Source: Deltaproteobacteria bacterium (GTDB taxonomy: Bacteria; Myxococcota_A; UBA9160; SMWR01). From it: a stretch of 64,000 nt of DNA. Below the pieces are notes generated by a model that saw nothing but the letters and a program-made list of their open reading frames with translations, did not search any database and was not told the origin of the DNA. This document shows positions 46,974-56,546 of this stretch, piece by piece; position 1 is the stretch's first letter, and each line of letters opens with the position of its first letter. The translations under genes were made by a program, and so were the position numbers. The stretch is from assembly GCA_032128375.1 (NCBI GenBank), contig JAQBGU010000012.1, positions 1 through 64,000 on the forward strand, given 5' to 3'.

Positions 46974-49280
46974 TTGTCCCATCGCATTTGTCGGAGAGCT
47001 CTTGTCGGAAAATCGAGCGAGACCATGATCTGTTTCCATCGCTGGCACCGAATCGTCTCGTCGAGCCCCACTCTGTCCGTGTGGCTGCTTGTCGCGATCG
47101 TGTCGGTCACCGCAGGCGAGGCGCACGCGTACATCGGTCCGGGAGCCGGCTTCGCGCTGGGCGGATCGATGCTGGTTCTGCTGGCCACCTTCCTGTTGGC
47201 CTTCGCGATCATCCTCACTTACCCCTTCCGGATGCTCTATCGCTTCATCAAGGTGGGCAACCCGTACAAGACCGCGATCGCGAAGAAGGTCGTAATTCTC
47301 GGCCTCGATGGAATGGACCCCGGCCTGACCACCAGGTTCATGCGTGAGGGCCGCATGCCGAATTTTCAGAAATTGGCGGACCGCGGTGTGTTTCGGAAAC
47401 TCGATACCAGCAATCCGTCCATGTCGCCGGTAGCGTGGTCGACGTTTGCTACCGGCGTCGACGCCAGCCGACACAATATCTACGACTTCCTCACGCGCGA
47501 TCCCTGCACGTACGGGCCGACGCTGAGTTCCACGGAACTGACGCAGGTGAGGAAGGTCGTCAACATCGGGCGCTTCATGGTACCGCTGGGGGGTACCTCG
47601 GCGAAGATGAAGTTACTCCAGAAGAGCCAGCATTTCTGGAAGTTACTCGGCGCGAAGAACATCTTTTCCATCATCCAACGCGTCCCCATCACCTTCCCGC
47701 CAGAGCCCTTCGAAAACGGTCTGTTGCTTTCCGGAATGTGCGTGCCGGATCTTCGCGGCAGCCAAGGCACTTTCTCTTTTTTCAGTAGCGATAGCGATGG
47801 CGGCGAAGCCAAGTTCATTGCGGGCGAACAGACGGTGCTGCGCCCCAAGGGCAACGTAACACGCTCGCGAATTGTCGGTCCCGACAATCCCAAGGGCGGG
47901 CGCATGACGCTTCCATTCACGCTAACGGTTGCGCAAGATGGCGCAGCGGCACTTCTCGAGATCGACGGCGGTGAATCCATCAAGCTGGTGGTGAATGAGT
48001 ACTCGGACTGGGTCGAACTCAAATTCTCGGCGGGCTTTGGAGCGAAGGCGGCCGGCATCGCGAGGTTCTATCTGATCTCGACGGCGCCGCACATCAATCT
48101 CTATATGACGCCGATCCACATCGATCCGGAAAACCCGTCGATGCCCATCTCACACCCAGAAGTCTATGCAATCTACTTGGCAAAAAAGCAGGGCAAGTTT
48201 GCAACCATGGGTTTCTCTGAAGATACCTGGGCGCTCAACGGGCGCGTGATCGACGAGCAGGTCTTCTTGGACCAGGCGATGTCGATTTACGAAGAACGCG
48301 AGACGATGTTCCTCGGCGCGGTCAAGCAGGCCAAGAAGGGCCTCGTAACCACAGTCTTCGATACCACCGATCGCATTCAGCATATGTTCTATCGCTATCT
48401 GGACCCGACGCACCCGGCCAACGCAGGCAAAGACACCGTGAAACACCGCGGCGCGATTGCAGAGGTCTATGAAAAGGCGGACGAGCTACTCGGCAAGCTT
48501 CAGCCCGTGATCGACGATCCGGATTCGGTACTGATGGTGATCAGCGATCATGGTTTCACCAACTTCAGACGTTGCATCAATATCAACAGCTGGCTGCGCG
48601 AAAACGGTTACCTCTTCATGAAGGACGAGACGGCGATCGAGAGCGGCGAGTGGTTCGAGGGCGTCGATTGGACACGAACCAAGGCCTTTGCACTTGGGCT
48701 CACGGGCATCTTCATCAACCGCAGAGGCCGGGAAAAGTCGGGTATCGTGCACGAAGGCAAGGACTATCGCGATCTGTGCAGAGAAATCGCGGACAAGCTC
48801 GAGAACATGATCGACCCGAGTACAGGCAAACGCTGCTGTCGCCGGGTTGCCGTCTCACACAGCTACTTCGACGGGCCCTATCGATTCGACGCACCAGACC
48901 TGCTCGTGGGCTGGGATGGAGGCTATCGGTATAGCTGGGAGGGCGCCGTCGGACAGGTGATGCCGGAGGTGTTTTCGGACAATACGCGCAGCTGGTCGGG
49001 CGACCACTGCGTCGACCCAGACGTCGTGCCCGGCATCTTGTTCTGCGACCGAGCGCTTTCGGAAGCGAACCCTCGCCTTGTCGATATTCCCGCGACGGTG
49101 TTGAAGTTGTTCGGCCAGGAGATCCCCGGATATATGCAGGGTCATATGATCCTGCCCGAAGGTGCCGAAGAGGGCACGGTCAAAGGCATGATCGACCCCA
49201 CATCGCTCGAACAGAGCGGTTCGGCGCCCGGAGCCCTGATCTTCCCTCCCGAAGGTCGCAGAGCCAGCGGACAGTCATGA
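46974..49280 (+). CDS. AlkP-superfamily phosphodiesterase/nucleotide pyrophosphatase-like enzyme 1, membrane-anchored
   Basis: LGLDGMD, SMSPVAWSTFATG, SDHGF, SGDH; AHA|YIGPGAG then a TM; exact start uncertain. Confidence 0.88.
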   Translation: MSHRICRRALVGKSSETMICFHRWHRIVSSSPTLSVWLLVAIVSVTAGEAHAYIGPGAGFALGGSMLVLLATFLLAFAIILTYPFRMLYRFIKVGNPYKTAIAKKVVILGLDGMDPGLTTRFMREGRMPNFQKLADRGVFRKLDTSNPSMSPVAWSTFATGVDASRHNIYDFLTRDPCTYGPTLSSTELTQVRKVVNIGRFMVPLGGTSAKMKLLQKSQHFWKLLGAKNIFSIIQRVPITFPPEPFENGLLLSGMCVPDLRGSQGTFSFFSSDSDGGEAKFIAGEQTVLRPKGNVTRSRIVGPDNPKGGRMTLPFTLTVAQDGAAALLEIDGGESIKLVVNEYSDWVELKFSAGFGAKAAGIARFYLISTAPHINLYMTPIHIDPENPSMPISHPEVYAIYLAKKQGKFATMGFSEDTWALNGRVIDEQVFLDQAMSIYEERETMFLGAVKQAKKGLVTTVFDTTDRIQHMFYRYLDPTHPANAGKDTVKHRGAIAEVYEKADELLGKLQPVIDDPDSVLMVISDHGFTNFRRCININSWLRENGYLFMKDETAIESGEWFEGVDWTRTKAFALGLTGIFINRRGREKSGIVHEGKDYRDLCREIADKLENMIDPSTGKRCCRRVAVSHSYFDGPYRFDAPDLLVGWDGGYRYSWEGAVGQVMPEVFSDNTRSWSGDHCVDPDVVPGILFCDRALSEANPRLVDIPATVLKLFGQEIPGYMQGHMILPEGAEEGTVKGMIDPTSLEQSGSAPGALIFPPEGRRASGQS

Positions 49281-51313
49281 GCCCGAGCGACACAGTCATG
49301 AGCCTGTTCACACGACGAATCGTGGTTGCGGCCATTTCTCTCGCCTGGTTTCTGCTGTCGACTAACGCTCATGCTAGCGGACAGGCGGGCTTGTTCATCG
49401 TGGGTGTCGATGGCATGGACCCGGTGATCACGCAGCGACTGATGGACGAGGGCAAGATGCCCAACTTCTCGAAACTGGCGAACGAGGGAACCTTCCAGCG
49501 CCTCGGAACCGCCAACCCGCCGCAGAGCCCCGTGGCTTGGTCGAACTTCGTCACTGGGATGAACCCAGGCGGCCACGGAATCTTCGACTTCATTCACCGC
49601 GATCCGGCCAACTACCACCCGGTGTCGTCTGCTACGCCCGCGGTCGATGATCCCGGAAGCGCGTTTCACTTGTTCGGCTACGTCTTCCCGATCGGTGCAC
49701 CCGATAGGGTCAACAATCGCGGCGGCACGCCGTGGTGGGATGTTCTGGTCGATCACGATATCGATGTCGAAGTGTTTCGGATTCCCGGCAACTTTCCGAA
49801 CCCGGAGTCAGAGGCGAAGGTGCTGGGCGGCATGGGGACGGTCGACCTGCGGGGCGGGTTCGGCACCTACACGCTGTACACCAACTCGTTGGTCGAAAAG
49901 AAGAACCCGAAGGGCGACGTGGAATACGTCACGGTTCACGACCTAGACCTCGATGGGACTCCCGAAACGGTGACCTCTGCGCTTCGGGGTCCGCCCGATA
50001 CCTTTCACCTGGAACCCGGCGCGATTCCGACTCACAACCAATACCTCACGCAAGGTGTCACGGTCCACATCGACGCCGAGTCCGATACAGCGGTGATCGA
50101 GATCTCAGGTCAGCGAGCTCTGATTGAGCAAGGGGAGTGGTCCGAGTGGTTGGAGGTCCGCTACGACGCGATGCCGATGGGCTTGATGCCGGTTGACGGA
50201 ATGGTTCGTTTCTACGCGATGGAGTTGCATCCGAATTTTCGGCTCTATGCATCGCCGGTGAATCTCTCGCCCGCCAGTCCTGCGATGGCGATCAGCAGTC
50301 CGGACGAATTCGCGGAAGACATCTACGAAAAGACCGGCTTTTTCTATACCCAGGGCTTACCCGAAGAGACTGACGCACTCAATGACGGCGTGTTCAGCGA
50401 TGATGACTATCTGGGTCAAGTCAGCCTGATCCAGCAGGACACACGCCGGATGATCGAGCTCGCACTCGACCGCTTCGAGACGGGCGACGCGACGTTTGTG
50501 TATCTGTCGGACATCGATCTGCAGAGTCACATGCTGTGGCGCCACGGTGATCCCAAGTACCCCGATGCGCCGCGGCACCCCGCGTACCGGCGAGACTTGG
50601 CTGAGAAGCACGCGAAGGACATCGAAAATTTCTATCGCGACGTCGACGAGTCACTGGGCGCGATCCGCAAGCGGTTGCCCGAAGGCACGCTGCTGATCGT
50701 GATGAGCGACCACGGCTTCCAGCCCTTTACGCGCGAGCTGCACCTGAACGCGTGGCTGCGCAACAAGGGTTACCTGGTGATGAAGCCGGAGAAGAATACG
50801 GGCTACTTCGTGACCAACGATGTTGATTGGACGAAGACGCGCGCCTACGGGCTCGGATTCAACGGGCTGTACATCAACCTGGCGGGACGAGAGGCGCAGG
50901 GGATCGTCGAGCTCGCCGATTCCGATGCGCTGCTTGGGCAGCTGTCTCGAAGTCTCGAGGCGTACCGGGACCCCGACGGCGGTGGACGAGTCGTGCGGCG
51001 CGTGGCGCGCGGATCCGAGATCTATACCGGTGACCGCGCAACCGAAGGCCCCGACCTCGTGGTCGGTTATGAAAAGGGTTATGGCTGCTCGGACGAATCT
51101 ACGCTCGGCGAAATCACAAAATGGGTCATCGAGGACAACGAGTCTCGATGGTCGGGCAACCACCTGATGGCGCCGGAGGTCGTTCCAGGGGTGTTGTTCG
51201 TAAACCGCAATTTGGCCGCTGATGGGCATGACCTCACCGATCTGACCGCCACGGTACTTTCCCATTTTGGCATCGACAAGCTCCCCGGCATGATCGGCGA
51301 GCCCGTGCTTTGA
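49277..51313 (+). CDS. AlkP-superfamily enzyme 2, exported
   Basis: Signal peptide ending AHA; VGVDGMD, PQSPVAWSNFVTG, SDHGF, SGNH; ATGA overlap. Confidence 0.88.
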   Translation: MSPSDTVMSLFTRRIVVAAISLAWFLLSTNAHASGQAGLFIVGVDGMDPVITQRLMDEGKMPNFSKLANEGTFQRLGTANPPQSPVAWSNFVTGMNPGGHGIFDFIHRDPANYHPVSSATPAVDDPGSAFHLFGYVFPIGAPDRVNNRGGTPWWDVLVDHDIDVEVFRIPGNFPNPESEAKVLGGMGTVDLRGGFGTYTLYTNSLVEKKNPKGDVEYVTVHDLDLDGTPETVTSALRGPPDTFHLEPGAIPTHNQYLTQGVTVHIDAESDTAVIEISGQRALIEQGEWSEWLEVRYDAMPMGLMPVDGMVRFYAMELHPNFRLYASPVNLSPASPAMAISSPDEFAEDIYEKTGFFYTQGLPEETDALNDGVFSDDDYLGQVSLIQQDTRRMIELALDRFETGDATFVYLSDIDLQSHMLWRHGDPKYPDAPRHPAYRRDLAEKHAKDIENFYRDVDESLGAIRKRLPEGTLLIVMSDHGFQPFTRELHLNAWLRNKGYLVMKPEKNTGYFVTNDVDWTKTRAYGLGFNGLYINLAGREAQGIVELADSDALLGQLSRSLEAYRDPDGGGRVVRRVARGSEIYTGDRATEGPDLVVGYEKGYGCSDESTLGEITKWVIEDNESRWSGNHLMAPEVVPGVLFVNRNLAADGHDLTDLTATVLSHFGIDKLPGMIGEPVL

Positions 51314-51389
51314 GAATCGAGACATCGACCTGCACCACCACGGTGGTCGAGCACAGCTTGCTCCACCACAGGGAAGGAGATCCGATCGA

Positions 51390-51590
51390 ATGCTAGGTAG
51401 CAAGAGTGTGAAGGTGAAACTCGACCGCGATCTGTTCGATCGCTTGCGCAAGGTCGCCGACGTAGCAGGCTACGCGACGCCCGAGGAGTTCGTGACCCAC
51501 GTCCTCGAAAAAGAGATGCTGCATTTCGAAGACGCGGGCTCTGACGACGATATTCGCGACAAGCTCAAAGGACTCGGTTACATCTCCTAA
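51390..51590 (+). CDS. Small ribbon-helix-helix/CopG-like protein ending LKGLGYIS
   Basis: AAGGAG upstream; VKVKL strand plus two helices (GYATPEEFVTHVLE); acidic linker; DKLKGLGYIS. Confidence 0.8.
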   Translation: MLGSKSVKVKLDRDLFDRLRKVADVAGYATPEEFVTHVLEKEMLHFEDAGSDDDIRDKLKGLGYIS

Positions 51591-51621
51591 GCCCAATTCA
51601 ACAGGCGGCAGCGATCCGACG

Positions 51622-52440
51622 ATGCAGCTCTACAATGAAATTTCGAGTGCGATCTTCGACGCGCTGTACGCGCCGTTCGGCCATGAGTATCCCGCGTTTG
51701 ACCTGCTGCTCTGGCCTGTCGTCATGGGTGTCGTGGCGCTCGTCGTTTTCAAGTACGTGTCGAATCAGAGCGCGATCGCGCGGGTCAAGAAGCAGATCAG
51801 CATGCATCTGATCGAAATACGGCTTTTCAGCCACGACATCGCACAGGTGCTGAAATCCACCTTCTTGATCGTCGCAAAGAACTCGATTTATGTCGGTCAC
51901 AACCTGTTGCCAATGATCGTGATGCTCCCGCCGATGGGCGCATTGATGGTGCAATTGGTGACCCACTATGGGTACGCGCCGTCGCCAGTTGGCGCCGTCG
52001 AATTGCTCCATCTGCAGCTCGACCCCGCTTCGGCGCAGCTTGCGCGGGACGTATCGCTGAAACTTCCAGCAGGGGTTTCGCTCGACGCGCCAATGGTACG
52101 CAGCGCGGATGGGCAGGTTTACTGGCGTGTGCGTGCGGACCAGCCCGGAGACCACGTCTTCCAGATTGAGGTCGACGGCGAAGTCTTCGAGAAGGGTTGG
52201 GCGGTTGGCGGTGGGCCGCGAAAAATTCCCGTCAAGCGTTTGCGCAGCGCCGAGGCGCTGCTCTACCCCAGCGAGCCCGCGATCGGATCGGGTGCGCCGG
52301 TTGTGTCGATCGAACTGGATACGAAGACCCGACCGCTGGCCTTCTTCCCGGACGGCGAAGAGGGAATCCTGCTGTGGTCGTTCGGAGTGTCGATATTGGC
52401 AGCTCTCGCGCTGAAGCCCGTGTTTGGGGTCACGTTCTAG
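51622..52440 (+). CDS. Three-TM protein, EMC3/TMCO1 (DUF106)-like, with inserted beta domain
   Basis: Amphipathic N-terminal helix, TM1, coiled helices (SNQSAIARVKKQI), TM2 (LPMIVMLPP), soluble insert, terminal TM (LWSFGVSI...KPVFG). Confidence 0.55.
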   Translation: MQLYNEISSAIFDALYAPFGHEYPAFDLLLWPVVMGVVALVVFKYVSNQSAIARVKKQISMHLIEIRLFSHDIAQVLKSTFLIVAKNSIYVGHNLLPMIVMLPPMGALMVQLVTHYGYAPSPVGAVELLHLQLDPASAQLARDVSLKLPAGVSLDAPMVRSADGQVYWRVRADQPGDHVFQIEVDGEVFEKGWAVGGGPRKIPVKRLRSAEALLYPSEPAIGSGAPVVSIELDTKTRPLAFFPDGEEGILLWSFGVSILAALALKPVFGVTF

Positions 52441-52443
52441 TCA

Positions 52444-53055
52444 ATGTGGAAATTCATCAAGCGACTCTTTCGCAGGAATCGAGGCGAGCCAATCGTCATC
52501 GTGAGTGGTCTGCCGCGCTCTGGAACTTCGATGCTGATGCGGATGCTCGATCGCGGTGGCATCGAGATCATGACCGACAGTGAACGGGCCGCAGACATCG
52601 ACAATCCGAATGGCTACTTCGAATACGAACGCGTGAAGCATCTCGAGAAGGAAGCAGACAAGTCCTACGTGAGCGAGGGACGCGGCAAGGTCCTCAAGGT
52701 GATTTCGTTTCTGATCAAGGATCTGCCCGACGACAACGACTACCGGGTGATCTTCATGCGACGCGACCTCGATGAAGTGATCACCAGCCAGAACAAGATG
52801 ATCGATCGGCTCGGAACGCAAGACACGACCGCGGACCGCGAAGCCATGAAAGAGGCCTACCGAAATGACATCGTCCGCACTCGGTTGTTGTGCAAAAACC
52901 GACCCAACTTCGAACTGATCGAAATCCACTACAAGCAGACCATCGAAGATCCCGCCGCCACCGCCAGCGAGTTGAACGTGTTTCTGGGCGGGCGGCTCGA
53001 TGAAGCCGCGATGCGCGAGGGAGTCGACGCGAACCTCTACCGCAACAAGACCTGA
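52444..53055 (+). CDS. PAPS-dependent sulfotransferase family protein
   Basis: 5'-PSB VSGLPRSGTSMLM, NPNGYFE, 3'-PB FMRRDLDEVITS. Confidence 0.88.
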   Translation: MWKFIKRLFRRNRGEPIVIVSGLPRSGTSMLMRMLDRGGIEIMTDSERAADIDNPNGYFEYERVKHLEKEADKSYVSEGRGKVLKVISFLIKDLPDDNDYRVIFMRRDLDEVITSQNKMIDRLGTQDTTADREAMKEAYRNDIVRTRLLCKNRPNFELIEIHYKQTIEDPAATASELNVFLGGRLDEAAMREGVDANLYRNKT

Positions 53056-53079
53056 CCCTCGACCGGCGATCGGGGCAAG

Positions 53080-54063
53080 CTACTGCTCCGGGTCGAGCGA
53101 GATCATCTGCGACTTGGCGTAGCGGTCGCCGGCAACCGTGTTGGCATTGATGATTTCTCCGGCGCGTTGCAGATCGTTCGCGGAGATGATGAGTTCGGCC
53201 GCCGCTGCGTTCTCTTCGACGTACGCGACGTGTTTGGTCCCGGGAATCGAAACGATCGAGTCTCCCCTCCCGAGTAGCCACACCAGCGCAAGCTGCGCCA
53301 TCGTGCACTGGTTGTCCGCCGCGATCGCTCCGAACTCGGAAAGCAGGTCCCGGTTCTTGCGGAAATTTTCCGTCTGGAATCGAGGCATTCCGCGCCGCAT
53401 GTCGGACTCTTCCAGGTCGTCGATGTCGACGATCTTTCCGGATAGGAAGGCCCGGCCCAATGGAGAAAACGGGACGAAGCCGATGCCCAACTCCGAGCAG
53501 ACATCGAGTACGCGGTACTCAGGGTCTCGGGTCCACAACGAGTACTCGGACTGTACGGCCGTAATTGGGTGGACGGCGTGTGCCCGACTAATCGTCGTCG
53601 ACGAGACTTCTGACAGGCCAATGGTTCGGATCTTGCCGGCCTTCACCAGCTCCGCGAGTGCGCCAACGCTGTCTTCGATCGGGACATTCGGATCGCGTCG
53701 GTGGAGGTAGTAGAGGTCGATCGAATCGGTCCCCAGGCGCTCGAGGCTCTCGTCACAGGTCTGGAAAACTGCCTCGGGTCGACAGTCGACGCCTCGACGA
53801 CCCCGATCGTCGACCACGATCCCGCATTTGCTCGCGAGAACGAATTCGTGCCGTCGCTTGGCGAGGACCTTGCCGATCAGCGTCTCGTTGTGTCCGAGGC
53901 CGTAGACGCTGGCCGTATCGAGGAACGTGATACCGATATCGAGCGCGCGATGTAGCGCGCGCTCGGACTCCGCCCGGTCCGGTTTTCCGTATGCCTGAGA
54001 CATGCTCATGCAACCGAGCCCGATCGCAGAAACCTCGAGTTCACCGAGTTGGCGTGTCTGCAC
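53080..54063 (-). CDS. Aldo/keto reductase
   Basis: GLGCMSMS, DTASVYG, DLYYLHR, QSEYSLW, FSPLGR, IPGT; start re-called to GTG. Confidence 0.93.
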   Translation of the reverse strand: MQTRQLGELEVSAIGLGCMSMSQAYGKPDRAESERALHRALDIGITFLDTASVYGLGHNETLIGKVLAKRRHEFVLASKCGIVVDDRGRRGVDCRPEAVFQTCDESLERLGTDSIDLYYLHRRDPNVPIEDSVGALAELVKAGKIRTIGLSEVSSTTISRAHAVHPITAVQSEYSLWTRDPEYRVLDVCSELGIGFVPFSPLGRAFLSGKIVDIDDLEESDMRRGMPRFQTENFRKNRDLLSEFGAIAADNQCTMAQLALVWLLGRGDSIVSIPGTKHVAYVEENAAAAELIISANDLQRAGEIINANTVAGDRYAKSQMISLDPEQ

Positions 54064-54228
54064 GAAGTACCTCGCTTTGGTGTCGCCCCTTGATGGGGTC
54101 ACTGGGTGATCCATAATCGCACATCCCGCGAAGGGATTGAATCGCTACCGCAGTTCGCTCTCCAAGCTCGCTGTCCAGACTCCTCAACCGTTTCGCCAAA
54201 CGGTTCGCTCAACCGAAAGGAACTCCAG

Positions 54229-54639
54229 ATGGCCACAATTCTCGCGCACATTCAGATCAAAACGGGTCGAGAGCGGGATTTCGAGGCGGTCGCGCGGGCA
54301 CTCCACGAGGCGACGCACCGCCGGGAGTCGGCGGTGATCCACTACGAGTACTGGCGCGGTGCGACGCCGTCGCTTTACTACTGCCTGCTCGCGTTCGACG
54401 ACTTCAACGCGTTCATTGCGCACCAGACGAGCGACCACCACGAGACCGCTTCACCGATGCTGGCCGAACTCATCGCCGATATGAAACTCGAATGGGTCGA
54501 CCCGGTCGGTGGAGCTTCTCGGCTGCCGCCGACCGACAAGCAGCCGCTTCCCGATGGGGCGGACGAACTAAGCCAGCGCTACCACCGAATCTTCGCCGCG
54601 ACGCTCCAAGATTGGTGGCTCGCGATTCGAGGCGAGTGA
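54229..54639 (+). CDS. Antibiotic biosynthesis monooxygenase (ABM)-like protein
   Basis: AHIQIKTGRERDFE, YEYWRG, AHQTSDHHE; ATG after AAGGA. Confidence 0.7.
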   Translation: MATILAHIQIKTGRERDFEAVARALHEATHRRESAVIHYEYWRGATPSLYYCLLAFDDFNAFIAHQTSDHHETASPMLAELIADMKLEWVDPVGGASRLPPTDKQPLPDGADELSQRYHRIFAATLQDWWLAIRGE

Positions 54640-54641
54640 AC

Positions 54642-56324
54642 TCAGGCCCGCGACGCCACCAATCGGTTCAGCGCCGAGATCACAGCGAGTAGCGATGCCG
54701 TGGTGATGTTGGTGTGTCGTCCGGCACCGAAGAGGGTTTCTCTATCGGCGTCCGCTTCGACTTCGACGTATGCGACGGCTCCCGCATCGGCACCGACTCC
54801 AACCGCGTGTTCGCTGAAGTCGACGACCTGCAACGCCAGATCCAGCCTTTTGGCCAGCGCGTTCACGAGAGATGCGATCGGACCATTGCCGGAGCCGTGG
54901 ATCGTTCTTTCGGTGCCGTCGACCTTCACCCGAAACGCGATGTCGTGTTCCGAGTCAACCTGCGAGTCGGATACGGGTTGGTAGCTGATCAATTCGATCG
55001 GCGATACGCGCGACAGATATTCGCAAGAGAACTGCTCAAATATCGCGTCCGACGTGATCTCGAGACCAGTGCTCTCGGTCACTTGTTGGATCTGCTTGCT
55101 GAATTCGATTTGCAGCCGCCGAGGCAAGCGCATGCCGTGGTTGCTTTCGAGAAGGAAAGCCACGCCGCCCTTGCCCGATTGGCTGTTGACGCGGACGACC
55201 GCCTCATACGATCGCCCCAGATCGCGCGGGTCGATCGGCAGGTACGGCACCTCCCAGAAATCGTCATCGGCCTCGGCGATCGCGGCCATTCCCTTCTTGA
55301 TGGCGTCCTGGTGCGAACCCGAGAACGACGTGTAGACCAACTCGCCCGCGTAGGGGTGACGCTGGTGGACCGGTAGTCGCGTGCAGTACTCCGCGACCTC
55401 GACGATCTCGTCGATTTTCCACAGCGCCAGTTTTGGATCGACCCCCTGGGTATACAGGTTCAGCGCGAGGTTGATGATGTCGACATTTCCGGTTCGCTCC
55501 CCGTTTCCGAACAGCGACCCTTCGACCCGGTCGGCGCCCGCCAACATCGCCAACTCTGCGGATGCGACACCGGTGCCGCGATCGTTGTGCGGATGAAGCG
55601 ACAGCACCACCGAATCACGGTCGCGAATGTTTCGCCCGAACCATTCGATCTGGTCCGCATAGATGTTCGGCGTCGCCATTTCGACGGTCGAGGGCAGGTT
55701 CAAGATGATGGGCGCAGCCGGTGTCGGGCGCCACACGTCCATCACCGCCTCGCAGACTTCGACCGCGTAATCCAGCTCGGTCCCGGTGAAACTCTCCGGC
55801 GAATACTCGAGCACGATTTCGGTCTCGGGCATCTCGTCGCGAAGCCTCGCGATGAGTTCGGCGCCGCGCACCGCGATGTCCCGGATGCCGTTGCGATCGA
55901 GCCCGAACACGACCCGCCGCTGAAGCGTCGAGGTGGAGTTGTACAGGTGAACGATCGCGCGTTTCGCGCCCTGAATCGACTCGAAGGTGCGTCGGATCAA
56001 TTCCTCGCGCGACTGCGTGAGAACCTGGATCGTGATGTCATCGGGGATTCGATCATTTTCGATCAGTTCCCGGACGAAGTCGAATTCCGGCTGGGACGCG
56101 CTGGGAAACCCGACTTCGATCTGCTTGAAGCCGATCTCGACGAGCTTGTCGTACAAACGGCGCTTGCGCTCGACATCCATCGGCTCGACGAGCGCCTGGT
56201 TGCCATCGCGCAGGTCGATGCTGCACCACAGCGGTGCCTCGGTGAGCACCTTGTTGGGCCAGCTGCGATCCGGCAAATTGATGGGTGCAAAGGGCTTGTA
56301 TCGAGTGGCGGGCATGCTCGTCAC
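54642..56324 (-). CDS. leuA: 2-isopropylmalate synthase (actinobacterial/yeast type)
   Basis: DLRDGNQAL, EYSPESFTGTE, HPHNDRG, GNGERTGN, SGSHQDAIKKG, GNGPI. Confidence 0.97.
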   Translation of the reverse strand: MTSMPATRYKPFAPINLPDRSWPNKVLTEAPLWCSIDLRDGNQALVEPMDVERKRRLYDKLVEIGFKQIEVGFPSASQPEFDFVRELIENDRIPDDITIQVLTQSREELIRRTFESIQGAKRAIVHLYNSTSTLQRRVVFGLDRNGIRDIAVRGAELIARLRDEMPETEIVLEYSPESFTGTELDYAVEVCEAVMDVWRPTPAAPIILNLPSTVEMATPNIYADQIEWFGRNIRDRDSVVLSLHPHNDRGTGVASAELAMLAGADRVEGSLFGNGERTGNVDIINLALNLYTQGVDPKLALWKIDEIVEVAEYCTRLPVHQRHPYAGELVYTSFSGSHQDAIKKGMAAIAEADDDFWEVPYLPIDPRDLGRSYEAVVRVNSQSGKGGVAFLLESNHGMRLPRRLQIEFSKQIQQVTESTGLEITSDAIFEQFSCEYLSRVSPIELISYQPVSDSQVDSEHDIAFRVKVDGTERTIHGSGNGPIASLVNALAKRLDLALQVVDFSEHAVGVGADAGAVAYVEVEADADRETLFGAGRHTNITTASLLAVISALNRLVASRA

Positions 56325-56472
56325 GGTATGTTCTCCTGTGCGCCGAGGCCTGGGTCGGAGGGCTGCGCGCTTCTTGCTCGTCTTTCTGACGATTGCGGGA
56401 AGCTATTCAAGCGACTTCAAGCAACTTCGAGCAACTTCGAGCAACCTCAACTAACCCCAAGCAACCCAGAAA

Positions 56473-56515
56473 CGCGAAACCCCCTCCGGCCGGCTCGGCG
56501 GGAGAGGGTTTCGCG
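56473..56515 (-). terminator. Attenuator terminator upstream of leuA
   Basis: cgcgaaaccc...gggtttcgcg stem followed by TTTC on the minus strand, about 30 nt after the leader stop. Confidence 0.8.
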
Positions 56516-56546
56516 CTCGGCGTTTTCTGGACCAGTCTGCCGGACG

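Noticed and set aside
46974..51313. Formylglycine-dependent sulfatases
   Set aside because: No C/S-x-P-x-R motif; SPVAW and SDHG indicate the NPP/phosphodiesterase-like branch
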